From Rubripirellula sp. (GTDB lineage Bacteria; Planctomycetota; Planctomycetia; Pirellulales; Pirellulaceae), in the NCBI GenBank assembly GCA_965216875.1, contig OZ244207.1, positions 3,872,001 to 3,936,000 on the forward strand: a stretch of DNA of 64,000 nucleotides, written 5' to 3'. Shown piece by piece: positions 11,751-21,895 of this stretch (within the stretch, counting starts at the first letter, position 1; the number at the start of each line of letters is the position of its first letter). Both the position numbers and the translations under genes were made by a program. The notes under the pieces are model-generated. The model was not told the origin of the DNA, made no database searches, and worked only from the letters and a program-made list of their open reading frames with translations.

Positions 11751-13409
11751 ATGAGCCAATCTGCATCGAATCAACCCAACGATGTGGACACAAAACTCGA
11801 TGCGCTCCTTTCGCGTATCCAGAACCTCAGCGGTGATGATTCCACGCCCTCTGGCCCAGCGTCGGGTCCTGCGTCTGGCCCAGCACCAACGACCGAGCGT
11901 CCCAAACAACAACCACGCCGCGCGGCTGGTCCCGCCGCTTCCCCCAATGCCCCCGCGAGCGCTCCCGCGGCGGCTCCAGGTGCTCCGTCCGGTCCTGCGC
12001 CCGCCCAAGGCGGCCCCGCTCCCAACCCGGGCGCACCGACCGCGCGTCCTGCCGGCCCGCCCCCAGGTGCGAGAGCAAAGAAGCCAGCCAAACCTCAAGG
12101 CACGGCGTCCACCGAAGACTTGCCACTTGGCTTCAAGCCGTCACGTGATGAACCGTGGCGTCCCTCCGAACCAACCGACATGGAATCGGCAGGCATCAAC
12201 GAGACGCTGCTTGAAGCGATCATCTATCGCTACCTGCTGAATGTCGGTGAAGCCGAAGGGCGACGGATTGCCGATCAAGTGAAGCTGCCGTTTCTGATGA
12301 TCGAACCGATGATCACGCGGCTGAAGATGGAACAAAACGTTGCCTATAAAAACGCAACGGCGACAAACGACTATGTCTATGTCTTGACCGAAACAGGGCG
12401 CAACATCGCCCGCAACCACGTCCAAGATTCGACCTACTACGGTGCTTGCCCGGTACCGCTGCAAGACTACATCGACAGCGTTAAACGCCAAACCATCGAA
12501 GGGCAATATCCGAAAAAGAACGACTTGCTCAAAGCCTTCAATGACCTGTTGATCAACCCCAAGATGCTCAACAAGCTCGGTCCTGCCGTTGCCAGCGGCC
12601 GCGGCATGTTCTTGTTTGGCTTCCCCGGAAACGGCAAAACATCAATCGCTGAACGGGTCACGGGCGCGTTCGGAAAATACGTCTGGATCCCAAGTGCCGT
12701 CGATATCGACGGCGATGTCCTGCGTGTTTTCGACCCCATGAACCATACGATGGCGATGCCCGAAGCTGGCAGCGGTCTGCTCGACATCGGCGGCTTTGAC
12801 AAACGTTGGATTCGCATCGAGCGTCCCACCATCGTCGCCGGTGGTGAATTGACAATGGAAATGCTCGAGGTCCAATGCAACAGCGAAAGCAACATTAGCG
12901 AAGCTCCGCTGCAGCTGAAAAGCAATTGCGGGACGCTCGTCATCGATGACTTTGGTCGTCAAAAAATGCGAGTCGACGAACTGCTTAACCGCTGGATTGT
13001 TCCGCTCGAAAAACGCTATGACTTCTTGAACATGGCGAGCGGAAAAAAGATCCAAGTTCCTTTCGATCAGCTGGTGGTCTTCAGTACCAACCTGGAACCA
13101 AAAGACTTGGTCGATGATGCGTTCTTGCGACGGATCCCTTACAAGATCGAAGCGGAAAACCCGCCAGAAGAGGACTTCCGCAAACTCTTCGAGATCATGT
13201 GCAAGGTCGTCAAAATCCCGCACAACGCCGATTGCATCGACTACTTGATCAAGACGCACTACCTGCCGGTGGACCGCCCGATGCGGATGTGCCAACCGCG
13301 TGACTTGTTGTTGCAGGTCAAGAACTACTGCCTTTACAACGACCTGCCGGTCGAATTGAAGAACGAGTACTTCGACTTCGCCTGCGACAACTACTTCTCG
13401 GTGATGTAG
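11751..13409 (+). CDS. AAA-family P-loop ATPase with Pro/Ala-rich N-terminal linker
   Basis: Walker A GFPGNGKT, Walker B LVIDDFGR, VFSTNL, DAFLRRI; ATG 11751 is preceded by AAGGGA. Confidence 0.85.
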   Translation: MSQSASNQPNDVDTKLDALLSRIQNLSGDDSTPSGPASGPASGPAPTTERPKQQPRRAAGPAASPNAPASAPAAAPGAPSGPAPAQGGPAPNPGAPTARPAGPPPGARAKKPAKPQGTASTEDLPLGFKPSRDEPWRPSEPTDMESAGINETLLEAIIYRYLLNVGEAEGRRIADQVKLPFLMIEPMITRLKMEQNVAYKNATATNDYVYVLTETGRNIARNHVQDSTYYGACPVPLQDYIDSVKRQTIEGQYPKKNDLLKAFNDLLINPKMLNKLGPAVASGRGMFLFGFPGNGKTSIAERVTGAFGKYVWIPSAVDIDGDVLRVFDPMNHTMAMPEAGSGLLDIGGFDKRWIRIERPTIVAGGELTMEMLEVQCNSESNISEAPLQLKSNCGTLVIDDFGRQKMRVDELLNRWIVPLEKRYDFLNMASGKKIQVPFDQLVVFSTNLEPKDLVDDAFLRRIPYKIEAENPPEEDFRKLFEIMCKVVKIPHNADCIDYLIKTHYLPVDRPMRMCQPRDLLLQVKNYCLYNDLPVELKNEYFDFACDNYFSVM

Positions 13410-13412
13410 CTG

Positions 13413-14381
13413 CTACTTTTCAGGTTGGTAGTCGCCGAGCGAGAAGGCACTCCGTTTCTCGGTCGGCGGCTCAACGGTCCGGCTCATCCAGCATCGTTCG
13501 ATCACCAAGCTCACCGCCGTTCCAAGCAACGGCGCAAGCACCAAGGCGACGACCAGCCACCATTCACTGTCGCGGTGGCGATCACGAAAGCCTTCGAGGG
13601 TCAGTCCAAAGCCAACGCACGAAATCCCGCCAGCGATAACACGGCCGTAAATGGTCGGCATCTGCCTCTTGCTGCGCCACAGTCTCGACGCGATCGCGTA
13701 AAAGGCAAACAAGATGATGCAGATCAGAGGACCGTCCCGGAAGATGGTTCTTGCGATCCACTGCCAATCTGCGACCGATCTCCAAGTTTGTTCGTTGACG
13801 CGAATCTCGAAGTCAACGATGAGGGGGATCATGCCCGCCATCGCTCCCAAGCCAAACCAAAACACGCTTGCAGGCCGCGGCTTCGGAATTCCCTGTTCAG
13901 TGTCTGCATCCAATAAAGACGAAGGCTGACCAAGCCAAGCCCGCTCGGCAATCAACAAGAGGACTGCCAGTGGAACTCCCGCGATTACCCCAAACAACGC
14001 GACCCCTTCGACATTCCACCCTTGCCACATTTCCAAAACGAGCGACAAGGTCGAAATGTAGGCGGCGGCAACAACGCCGCAGATCGCTAACGACACTCGG
14101 GTCGAAGCGATGGGAGCCAGCCGTTGAAATGCGAGACGAACACCGCCAAAAACCAGTAGCGCAGGAATGACGCCCATCGAGGCAAACAACAACCCGCTCA
14201 AAAACAGGTCGACCAGCCCGTTGATATCCGTGCTCAGATGCATCAGCGCACTTGCCAGCCAACACAACACCACGATCGGCGATGCAAACCACATCAGCGA
14301 CGGTGCCGACTCCGTCGTCTCCGCAATGACCACCTCATCCGACGCGTCAACGTTCGGCGGTGGGTCGTAAGGGTTCGCCAC
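13413..14381 (-). CDS. Hypothetical multi-pass membrane protein (NPY-xxP N-terminus)
   Basis: MANPYDPPP followed by about 8 hydrophobic segments. Confidence 0.7.
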   Translation of the reverse strand: MANPYDPPPNVDASDEVVIAETTESAPSLMWFASPIVVLCWLASALMHLSTDINGLVDLFLSGLLFASMGVIPALLVFGGVRLAFQRLAPIASTRVSLAICGVVAAAYISTLSLVLEMWQGWNVEGVALFGVIAGVPLAVLLLIAERAWLGQPSSLLDADTEQGIPKPRPASVFWFGLGAMAGMIPLIVDFEIRVNEQTWRSVADWQWIARTIFRDGPLICIILFAFYAIASRLWRSKRQMPTIYGRVIAGGISCVGFGLTLEGFRDRHRDSEWWLVVALVLAPLLGTAVSLVIERCWMSRTVEPPTEKRSAFSLGDYQPEK

Positions 14382-14579
14382 AGTTCGTGATCGCTCGCAG
14401 TGCAGGCCAACGTCAAGCGATCACCCCACCGCTTGCCAACGGACAAGAACGTGCCGCCGATGGGCGACATCAAGTCCATTGTATCGCCTGTCGTATCGCT
14501 CTTCACTCTTGGAGCAATGTCGAACGCGATCGTGGTGCAGATCTCGATTGCACGAGACTGCCTATCAAGGTTCACACAA

Positions 14580-14745
14580 GTGAGCCGTGATCGCGTAAGC
14601 GGCCGGGCTTTGAAGGCAACGGCATGTGGGGCGAGGGCCCGAGGCCTCACAGCCAGCGGCTCACGAGCGCTGACTCAATTGCGTCGGGCTCCTCGAGACA
14701 AGCAAAAGAGCACGAGGCCCAACGCTAGCGCGTTCGGCTCATGAA
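14580..14745. repeat. Repeat cluster: family A element (14580-14665) plus family C element (14715-14742)
   Basis: Matches 3035-3127 and 31493-31520. Confidence 0.8.
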
Positions 14746-14780
14746 AGCACCGCTGGGACAACCAAGCGCCCGGTGCGTCC

Positions 14781-15422
14781 CTAAGACAATTCGGTGCCCG
14801 CCTCGTCGACGTCCGTTTCGGGTGCCTCGGGCATTGCGGGATCTTCGGGAGCCCGTTTGCGCAGTTTTCGCTGCAAGCTCCGTCGATGGATTCCCAACCG
14901 CCGTGCCGCTTCGCTGATGTTGCCACCACAATCGGACAGGACGCGATGAATGTGTTCCCATTCATTTCGTGCCAGCGAAGGGGCTGGAAACGCAACCGCA
15001 CCATCGGGAACACTCGGTTCGTCCCCTTTCATGAATGCGGTCAAAATATCGTCCGCGTCAGCTGGTTTGCTGAGGAAATTGACGGCGCCCGCACGCACGG
15101 CATCGATGGACGCCGGAATGCTTCCGAAACCAGAGAGCATCAAGACGCGGGTATCAGGCTGAAGCTGCAACAATTTTCGCAACAGCTCAAGTCCGCTCTT
15201 GCCAGGCATGCGGAGGTCGAGCACGGCAAGTTCGGTCGGTCGCTGCGAAAAGACTTCGACAGCCTCCTCGTAGTTGCCAGCAGTCTCGACCCGAAAGCCG
15301 CGTTGTTGCATCGCAAGCGACAATCGCTCCCGCAACACAAAGGTGTCGTCCACCAGAAGGATACTTGATGCTCCGACCGTTTCCGCATCGTAAACGGGAG
15401 ACGATTCACTCGATTCGATCAT
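14781..15422 (-). CDS. regA: RegA/PrrA/ActR-family response regulator
   Basis: REC domain (LLVDD, LDLRMP, GFGSI, KPADAD) and the conserved Fis-like tail EWEHIHRVL..CGGNISEAARRLGIHRRSLQRKL. Confidence 0.9.
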   Translation of the reverse strand: MIESSESSPVYDAETVGASSILLVDDTFVLRERLSLAMQQRGFRVETAGNYEEAVEVFSQRPTELAVLDLRMPGKSGLELLRKLLQLQPDTRVLMLSGFGSIPASIDAVRAGAVNFLSKPADADDILTAFMKGDEPSVPDGAVAFPAPSLARNEWEHIHRVLSDCGGNISEAARRLGIHRRSLQRKLRKRAPEDPAMPEAPETDVDEAGTELS

Positions 15423-15624
15423 GGATCTTCACTCATCTTGTCCGCCCTCTGCCACGCGATTCTGCGTCAGCCGAAATAGATTCGGCGGCGCTGATACCTT
15501 GCGCGGAGGTCCCGGCACGACTTGGATGATTTGTTCCGACTCGGGACAAGTCGGTGGCTGCACAGCCCAATTCTAGCTGAAGGTCCGCAATGGTGCGCCC
15601 CGTCAACCACGACTTCTGATTCAC

Positions 15625-17079
15625 TTAAAACGACTTTGGTACCGAATCTAACGCTGCCTCCACACTCTGCTCGTCACCCAACGGCAGCGTCACGACCGCT
15701 TCGGTCCCCTCACCGGGGGCACTTCGAAACTCGAGATACCCGCCGAGCTGGGAAATCACGTTGCGGGTCAAGAACAGCCCCAGACCAATCCCGCGTCCAG
15801 GTTCCTTGGTGGTAAAAAACGGATCCGATGCGCGATTGAGCACTTCGGCAGTCATGCCCTGGCCTGAGTCGACCACAATCAACTGAACCGACCCTTTGTC
15901 GTTGACATAGTCGGATCGCAGTTCCGCATTTCGACCAGCGGGTATCAACCGAGACGAAAGCCGCACCCCCTGTTCGTCGCCGCTGGCATCAAGCCCGTTG
16001 TGAATCAGATTGCGGACCGCTTGTGCGACCGCTTCCTGTGGCACCCACAGGGTTTGGTTCTCAACCGCCTCGACGTTATCCGTCACCACGACTCGGTGTG
16101 GATCGCGGATGCCTTCAAGCGTCGCGTCAATCAAGTCGCCCACCGTCGTTCGGTCCCAACGTTGCGCCATCGAGTCGCCTGCAGCCGCACGCATGCGTGC
16201 AAGGATTTGGCGACACATTTCGAGCTCGCCATCAATCAACTTCAAGTCGGCATCGACCGATTCAGGCTTGTCGCAATCTTCCAGGTGTCGAGACAGCTCA
16301 CGGACAATCACGTCGATCGTGGACAGCGGCGTCGCCAATTCGTGTGCCGCACCGGCCGCTAATGTCGTCAGCCCCTCCAAGCGATGACTTGCCGCTTGCT
16401 CGGCCTGGGCGCGACGTAGCTGACGTTCGCGTTGTTGCAACTCGCCTGCGGTGCGCGTCACGTAATAGGTGACCACGGTCGAACAGGTTGCAAATGCCAA
16501 CATCAACCCGCCACTACGCAAATCCATCGATTCGGGCGACACATCAGTGATGCCAACGATCGGCACCGATCGAAAGAGCAAAAAGGTGTAGCCGATGATC
16601 GCAAACACGGTCAACGACCATGCCGCCCGCGGTCGGATCGTCACGCCACCAACAGCAAGGTTGACGAAATAGAAGAAGCTAAACGGATTGTTCGCTCCGC
16701 CGCTGTAATAAAGCATCGCTGTCAACGTGACCAAGTCCAACAGCATCAGCGTCAATGCAACGATGTGATGCAAACTCGATTCACCGGAAACGCCCGATGC
16801 ATCGGGTGCCAGCCTCGGCACACCATGATGAGACGTATCGTCGCTGCGATGCGAACGATGCAACCACAAACCATAAAGGACGTTGGTGACCGCAGTCAGT
16901 CCAACCAAGGCAAACAGCGGCCCAAAGGGCAACGCAATCTCGGTCAAAATGCCCGCAGCAACGATCGTCACCAATTGCCCCGCGACGGCAAACCAACGCA
17001 AGTGCAGGAGCCAAGTTGACGACCCCAACGGTGCAGGGGCAATCAACGGAATCGCCAGATGTTCGCGACTCGTTCGCAC
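15625..17079 (-). CDS. regB: RegB/PrrB/ActS-family sensor histidine kinase
   Basis: LRWFAVAGQ, GGANNPF, AAGAAHELATPL H-box, CRQIL, N-box NLIHNG, DSGQG, PFFTTK, GIGLGL. Confidence 0.9.
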   Translation of the reverse strand: MRTSREHLAIPLIAPAPLGSSTWLLHLRWFAVAGQLVTIVAAGILTEIALPFGPLFALVGLTAVTNVLYGLWLHRSHRSDDTSHHGVPRLAPDASGVSGESSLHHIVALTLMLLDLVTLTAMLYYSGGANNPFSFFYFVNLAVGGVTIRPRAAWSLTVFAIIGYTFLLFRSVPIVGITDVSPESMDLRSGGLMLAFATCSTVVTYYVTRTAGELQQRERQLRRAQAEQAASHRLEGLTTLAAGAAHELATPLSTIDVIVRELSRHLEDCDKPESVDADLKLIDGELEMCRQILARMRAAAGDSMAQRWDRTTVGDLIDATLEGIRDPHRVVVTDNVEAVENQTLWVPQEAVAQAVRNLIHNGLDASGDEQGVRLSSRLIPAGRNAELRSDYVNDKGSVQLIVVDSGQGMTAEVLNRASDPFFTTKEPGRGIGLGLFLTRNVISQLGGYLEFRSAPGEGTEAVVTLPLGDEQSVEAALDSVPKSF

Positions 17080-17090
17080 GACAACTTTCG

Positions 17091-17825
17091 CTAGTTGGAT
17101 TCTCGCCGAGTCAATTCATCACGTAGCTGTGCGGCCAGCTCGTATTGTTCCTGAGCCACCGCGTCGGCAAGCTTCTCTTTCAGTGTTTGCCCCACCGAGT
17201 ACTCGCTGCGCAGTGATTCCCGAAGCTCGACCAAGCGAACGACCAATTCGTCGTCTTCAAAATGCTCTTCGGCATCATGCTTGACGAAGAACTGCCGGAT
17301 GCGTTCAAGCCCCGAATTGATCGCCTGGACCGCTTCCTCGGCCGTGTTCTCTTCGAGTTCACCGAGCGCCTCGGCCTGCGTTCGATGGAACAGGACAAAG
17401 GGACGGTACTGTTCGTGAGTCCCCGCCCATTCTTCATCGGGGCTCATCTTGTCGCTGATGTCCATCAACCGAAGCGTATGATCGGCATCCATGACGGCGC
17501 GATGATAGTACTGAAGTCGCAACCAGCAGATTCGACGGTGGTAAAACTGCATGAACTCACGATCGACTTCGGAACACTCGTCTTCAGTCAGAATGTGCTC
17601 TGGATTCTTGAGGTGTTTGTCCTGCAGTCGCTCAAGGTAGGTCTCGTACTCTTCGTACTGAACTCCGTCAGGGCGCCCCGTCGTTTCCAATTGCAAGATC
17701 CCCATGTCGACGCGCATTTGAATCACGTCTCGACCATCTTTCCCTTTGACCAAACGCACATTGAGCGTGGCCGGGTCAAAGGCCCAATTGGAGAGGAGGT
17801 CGTCGAGGTGCATTTGTCGCTTCAT
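17091..17825 (-). CDS. UvrB/UvrC-motif-containing protein (conserved hypothetical)
   Basis: C-terminal LADAVAQEQYELAAQLRDEL UVR motif; QMRVDMGILQLETTGRPDG. Confidence 0.8.
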   Translation of the reverse strand: MKRQMHLDDLLSNWAFDPATLNVRLVKGKDGRDVIQMRVDMGILQLETTGRPDGVQYEEYETYLERLQDKHLKNPEHILTEDECSEVDREFMQFYHRRICWLRLQYYHRAVMDADHTLRLMDISDKMSPDEEWAGTHEQYRPFVLFHRTQAEALGELEENTAEEAVQAINSGLERIRQFFVKHDAEEHFEDDELVVRLVELRESLRSEYSVGQTLKEKLADAVAQEQYELAAQLRDELTRRESN

Positions 17826-18072
17826 CAATCCGTTCACAACCGATCAGGGAAATCACAACCCAAGGGTGTGGGCCGTGTCGCATTAGTCCGTCAGTGCGGG
17901 AATGGGCCAAATGGTCAGCCCCCCGCAACGAACGAGTATAGCAGCGACATTTTTTCGTTGAAGGATTGACATTTGATTGCTGGCAACTTGCGCAAGTCGG
18001 CGGCAACAGGGAATTTCGCCCCCCCAAGGGGATACCAAACGGCGGAGATCAAATCGCAAACCCGATTCCAGA

Positions 18073-18504
18073 CTAGTCGTCTCGAAAATTGGTTCGACGC
18101 GACTGCTTCTTTTGAGAGTTCTTGCGTTTTTGGTCGAGCCTTCGTCGCTGGCTCGAACGAGAGGGGCGAGTCGCCTTGCGTGCCTTTGGCGCAGCTTGGC
18201 AATCAAGCAACATACTGACAAGCTTTTGTCGCACATCGCCGCGGTTCCTCGCCTGATCACGAAACCGCTCGCTGTGCAAAACGATCTCGCCTTCGCGATT
18301 GATACGACTTGCATACCGAGCCTCGAAGCGTCGCAACCACGACACGTCAACGCTCGCCAACCGCGCAACCGCCCACCGCAAAGTGACTTTTGAATTCACT
18401 TTGTTGACGTTCTGACCACCCGGACCGCTGCTTCTGGCAACGGTCATCTTGATTTCGTCTTCGGGGATCGTCAGCCGTGAGTTGACGTAAAGGTTCGACA
18501 TCAT
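18073..18504 (-). CDS. arfB: Alternative ribosome rescue aminoacyl-tRNA hydrolase ArfB (YaeJ)
   Basis: ARSSGPGGQNVNKVNSKV and basic tail RKATRPSRSSQRRRLDQKRKNSQKKQSRR. Confidence 0.93.
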   Translation of the reverse strand: MMSNLYVNSRLTIPEDEIKMTVARSSGPGGQNVNKVNSKVTLRWAVARLASVDVSWLRRFEARYASRINREGEIVLHSERFRDQARNRGDVRQKLVSMLLDCQAAPKARKATRPSRSSQRRRLDQKRKNSQKKQSRRTNFRDD

Positions 18505-18731
18505 TCCAAGCGTACTCTAACGCAATGAGTGTGGACTCAAAAAGTCCATACACTTCCATTCCGATACGCGACACCGCCTATGCTAGAATTGTTCGCGCTC
18601 AACAAAGCAAAAACTTGCGGCGTCGAACACGCGATCTGCCCCCGCCACTTGTCCCAGCCACATGCCCTAAGCAGTCGTGTCCTGACAGCTCAAACCGAAA
18701 CCCACGTTTGGCCAACTTGATGGAGTGACCG

Positions 18732-19250
18732 ATGCTCTGCCCCGTCTGCTCACACAGTTTGAAAGCGTCTCGCTACGAAGGCTTGCCCGTCTTTCGTTGC
18801 GAGTCATGCCACGGGTATCTGGTCGCTTCGCGGCGGGTGACGGACATCCAACGACGCAACACCACGCCAACTGCGGACTTGGTTGCCACCGCAGATGTCA
18901 AAAGCGAACACGACAGTCTCGGCAAATTGAAGTGCCCCCGTTGCCGCCGCGACATGGAGAAAGAGTTACACGAATCGCAACCACCATTCCACATCGACAA
19001 GTGCAGCGATTGTGACTTTGTCTGGTTTGACGTTGGCGAGTTAGAACGCACACAACTTGAATACGAGGTATCGCCTCACGGAATGGAAGCCGCACGAATG
19101 CGAGAACGACATGAAAACATGTCCGAAGAACAAAAAGAGGTCTTTGCCGAGAATCTGGCGAAACTTCCCGAAGGTGACGCCTCGCTCGTTTCAGCCTTCG
19201 GCAAAGGCCTGATCGGAACCTTGACCGACCTGCTACGTGGACGCTGGTGA
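18732..19250 (+). CDS. Double zinc-ribbon (zf-TFIIB-like) protein
   Basis: CPVC..CESCHG and CPRC..IDKCSDCDFVWFDVGEL. Confidence 0.8.
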   Translation: MLCPVCSHSLKASRYEGLPVFRCESCHGYLVASRRVTDIQRRNTTPTADLVATADVKSEHDSLGKLKCPRCRRDMEKELHESQPPFHIDKCSDCDFVWFDVGELERTQLEYEVSPHGMEAARMRERHENMSEEQKEVFAENLAKLPEGDASLVSAFGKGLIGTLTDLLRGRW

Positions 19251-21259
19251 GCATCATGCGAGATCACAGCCAACACTTGCTCTTACTGATCGCGTTGTTC
19301 GCGGCTTCCCTCTCGATGACCAACGAATGCCATGGGGAAGTTGGCGACGTCTTACTCAGCACCGATCATCCGCTCTACCCTGGCGAAGGCGAGTTCCAAA
19401 CGCCCACAGATTGCGTGCGATGGGCAACGCGAAACGCAACGACCAACCATGATCGTTCGCTTGCAATCTTCCGCTACCTACTGACGCACCAATGGCATCT
19501 CCATTCACCTCAGGAATGGAATCAACCGGGCAGCACCCCGGGCAAAGACCAGCAAAACTACGAGATGGTCGTCTACGATGCGAACAAGGGTCGCTTCTCC
19601 TACGGATACGGTCTGTGTGGGACCGTCCATGCTTGGAACGAACCTTACTGGAAAGCAGCCGGATTCCTTGCACGCCGACGAGCCTTTCCTGGCCACACCA
19701 ATAGTGAAGTGCTGATCGATGACCGTTGGCGCATGTTCGATACGGACATGGCCGGCATCGTCCTGGATCGATCAGGCCAAGTGGTTGGCTACGATGAAAT
19801 TGCAAACAACGTCAATCTGTTGGATCAACAGCAGGGTCACCCGCACTATCCCTTTGCGTGGCCATCTGACTTCAACACCATGAAAAAGGGCTGGCAACAA
19901 ATCGCCAAAGGCGGGAATTGGTATCGCCTTTACCATGGTGGCTATGCCGCGCAGCCCGGCGTCGTCCACCTGCGCAGCGGTGAGAGCTTTAAACGCTACG
20001 CTCACCCAGACGGTTTTGGCGAGCCATCGAAACGACGTTTCTGGCATCAGCAGAAAGATGGCCCCTATCGAACCTGGACCTTCGCCGAAAGTGAATTGCC
20101 GTTTCACAACGGTGACCAATCGAATTGCCGCGGACGCGCGCGGTACGGCAATGCAGTCTTCGCCTACCACCCACAACTCGACAACGAGCGCTGCTTCGAG
20201 GGAATGGCCGAGCAAACAACCAACCTCACTGTGTCCCCAAACGGATTGCAGTCGAGTGATGGCAAGCGTGCGACTGCCATCTTCGAACACTTTTCACCCT
20301 ACGTCATTTGTGGCGACCCCGTCGATGACACCGATCCGATGCTTGGCAAAGCGACCGATGGCTTCGTCGTGGAGATTGCCAAACGAGGTAAGGTAGACAT
20401 CAAGCTGAGTGTTGATCAGGGTCAAACGTGGCACGCCGTCGAGGTCAACCAAGATCGTGAGCGTCTCGATCTGACCGAGCTCACCAAAGGACGGTACGGA
20501 TGGCAAGTACGTCTCGATATCGATGCCGATGCTGCAGTGACGCAAATTCGGTTCACGACGACCTGTCAAATGTGTCAGTCGATTTACCCGCGGCTAAAGC
20601 CAAAGGGAAGCGTGGTCACCTACCGCACGAATGGTCAAAGCGTCGTTCCAATCTTGCCGCGACTTCAAGACAAGGATGAAACGGAAACGCGATTCGAAAA
20701 GCGAGACCTTCGCACGGATAATCTCGACTTTGTCGGCTTGTCGCCGAAAGAACGCTACGCTTACAAGACCCGAAGACCGAAACCGGCCGAACTTGTCTTT
20801 CGCATTCCTAGCCGTACACCGCTGGTTGGTGTTTCAGCCGCTGCGCGGTATCGCGTGCGTTCGCCCAGCCCACCCCACTCGCGGTTTTGGCTTGATGTCT
20901 CGACCGATGGCGGCGAATCATGGAAACCGCTGGGCGAGTCATCGCCCCCCGAGGACAACGAGTATTCAAGTGGCTGGGTTTACGGCAGCTCCTCATGGAA
21001 ATCGCCGGAATCCAAGGAAGCACTCGTTCGCGTGGGCCTCGATGGCGGCGGGTATGGATCGGCACTGCTGGCCGCCGAGTTGTATGGTCTAAGACAGACC
21101 GCCAACGATTCTCCTGTCACCATCACGTACAGCTGGTTCGAAGGCGACCAAGAGCGAACCGATCGCTGGCGCGTCCCACCCGGACAACGCTCACTAAGCC
21201 ACCAAGTCCCAACCGGCCAAACTGTCCGCGACAACTACGTCCTGATCGAGGTGAAGTAG
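19247..21259 (+). CDS. Secreted transglutaminase-like (Cys-His-Asp) domain protein
   Basis: Signal peptide; [23 protein letters not shown]-terminal beta-rich region with SxDxGxxW motifs; start may be ATG 19256. Confidence 0.65.
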   Translation: MSIMRDHSQHLLLLIALFAASLSMTNECHGEVGDVLLSTDHPLYPGEGEFQTPTDCVRWATRNATTNHDRSLAIFRYLLTHQWHLHSPQEWNQPGSTPGKDQQNYEMVVYDANKGRFSYGYGLCGTVHAWNEPYWKAAGFLARRRAFPGHTNSEVLIDDRWRMFDTDMAGIVLDRSGQVVGYDEIANNVNLLDQQQGHPHYPFAWPSDFNTMKKGWQQIAKGGNWYRLYHGGYAAQPGVVHLRSGESFKRYAHPDGFGEPSKRRFWHQQKDGPYRTWTFAESELPFHNGDQSNCRGRARYGNAVFAYHPQLDNERCFEGMAEQTTNLTVSPNGLQSSDGKRATAIFEHFSPYVICGDPVDDTDPMLGKATDGFVVEIAKRGKVDIKLSVDQGQTWHAVEVNQDRERLDLTELTKGRYGWQVRLDIDADAAVTQIRFTTTCQMCQSIYPRLKPKGSVVTYRTNGQSVVPILPRLQDKDETETRFEKRDLRTDNLDFVGLSPKERYAYKTRRPKPAELVFRIPSRTPLVGVSAAARYRVRSPSPPHSRFWLDVSTDGGESWKPLGESSPPEDNEYSSGWVYGSSSWKSPESKEALVRVGLDGGGYGSALLAAELYGLRQTANDSPVTITYSWFEGDQERTDRWRVPPGQRSLSHQVPTGQTVRDNYVLIEVK

Positions 21260-21348
21260 AGCGGGGCAGGGGATGCCGACCCTACTCAAGTGTGAACCCG
21301 CGACTACAATTCGCGTTTCCCATTTCTAAAGTCGCATTTTTTGAAACC

Positions 21349-21627
21349 ATGCAAGTTAACGAATACTTCGACGGCAACGTTAAATCGATCGCTTTTCAAA
21401 ACTCCGACGGAAAGGCCACTGCGGGCGTGATGGCCGTTGGCCAATACGAGTTTGGCACGAGCGAACATGAAGTGATGAAAATCGTTTCGGGCGAATTGTC
21501 CGTACGACTTCCCAACAGCGAAGCGTTCGAAACCTTTTCAGGCGGTCAACAATTCGAGGTCGCAGCCGGCCAGAAGTTCCAGGTCGATGTCAAACAAGAA
21601 ACGGCCTACGTTTGCTTCTATGGCTAA
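21349..21627 (+). CDS. ppnP: Pyrimidine/purine nucleoside phosphorylase PpnP (YaiE/DUF1255)
   Basis: [35 protein letters not shown]...TAYVCFY; 92 aa. Confidence 0.9.
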   Translation: MQVNEYFDGNVKSIAFQNSDGKATAGVMAVGQYEFGTSEHEVMKIVSGELSVRLPNSEAFETFSGGQQFEVAAGQKFQVDVKQETAYVCFYG

Positions 21628-21895
21628 CCGCCATTTTGCGTCCATTGAACCATGAAGCTCGCATGATGACTTCTTTAGTGTTTGATGATCCTGGGCTGCA
21701 CCGTCTTTCCATTTCGATTCACGAAGACGCTTCGTTCACGGTTTCCACAACGAGATCTTCACCGTCTCGCCATTGGAACGTTGCCTAACCTTCGCCTGAC
21801 ACTCACAAGGTCTTCAGAAACGGCTCGTAGTCTCTTTCAGAGAACAAGCGTTGATCCCATCAGCGCGTTCCCTGCTCAAATCAAGAGAGACGATA

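Noticed and set aside
14400..14445. attC-like half site (GGTGATCGCTTGACGTTGGCC on the minus strand) upstream of an orphan membrane gene; weaker look-alikes near 31030 and 31145
   Set aside because: No matching complementary half, imperfect GTTRRRY, and no integrase in the window; would need IntegronFinder to support
15433..15624. 63-aa ORF in frame directly after the regB stop (possible read-through)
   Set aside because: The kinase domain is already complete, the stop is TAA, and the extension has no recognisable features
20920..21348. N-terminal extension of the 235-aa ORF that contains ppnP
   Set aside because: Overlaps the upstream gene in another frame; the recognisable protein starts at ATG 21349
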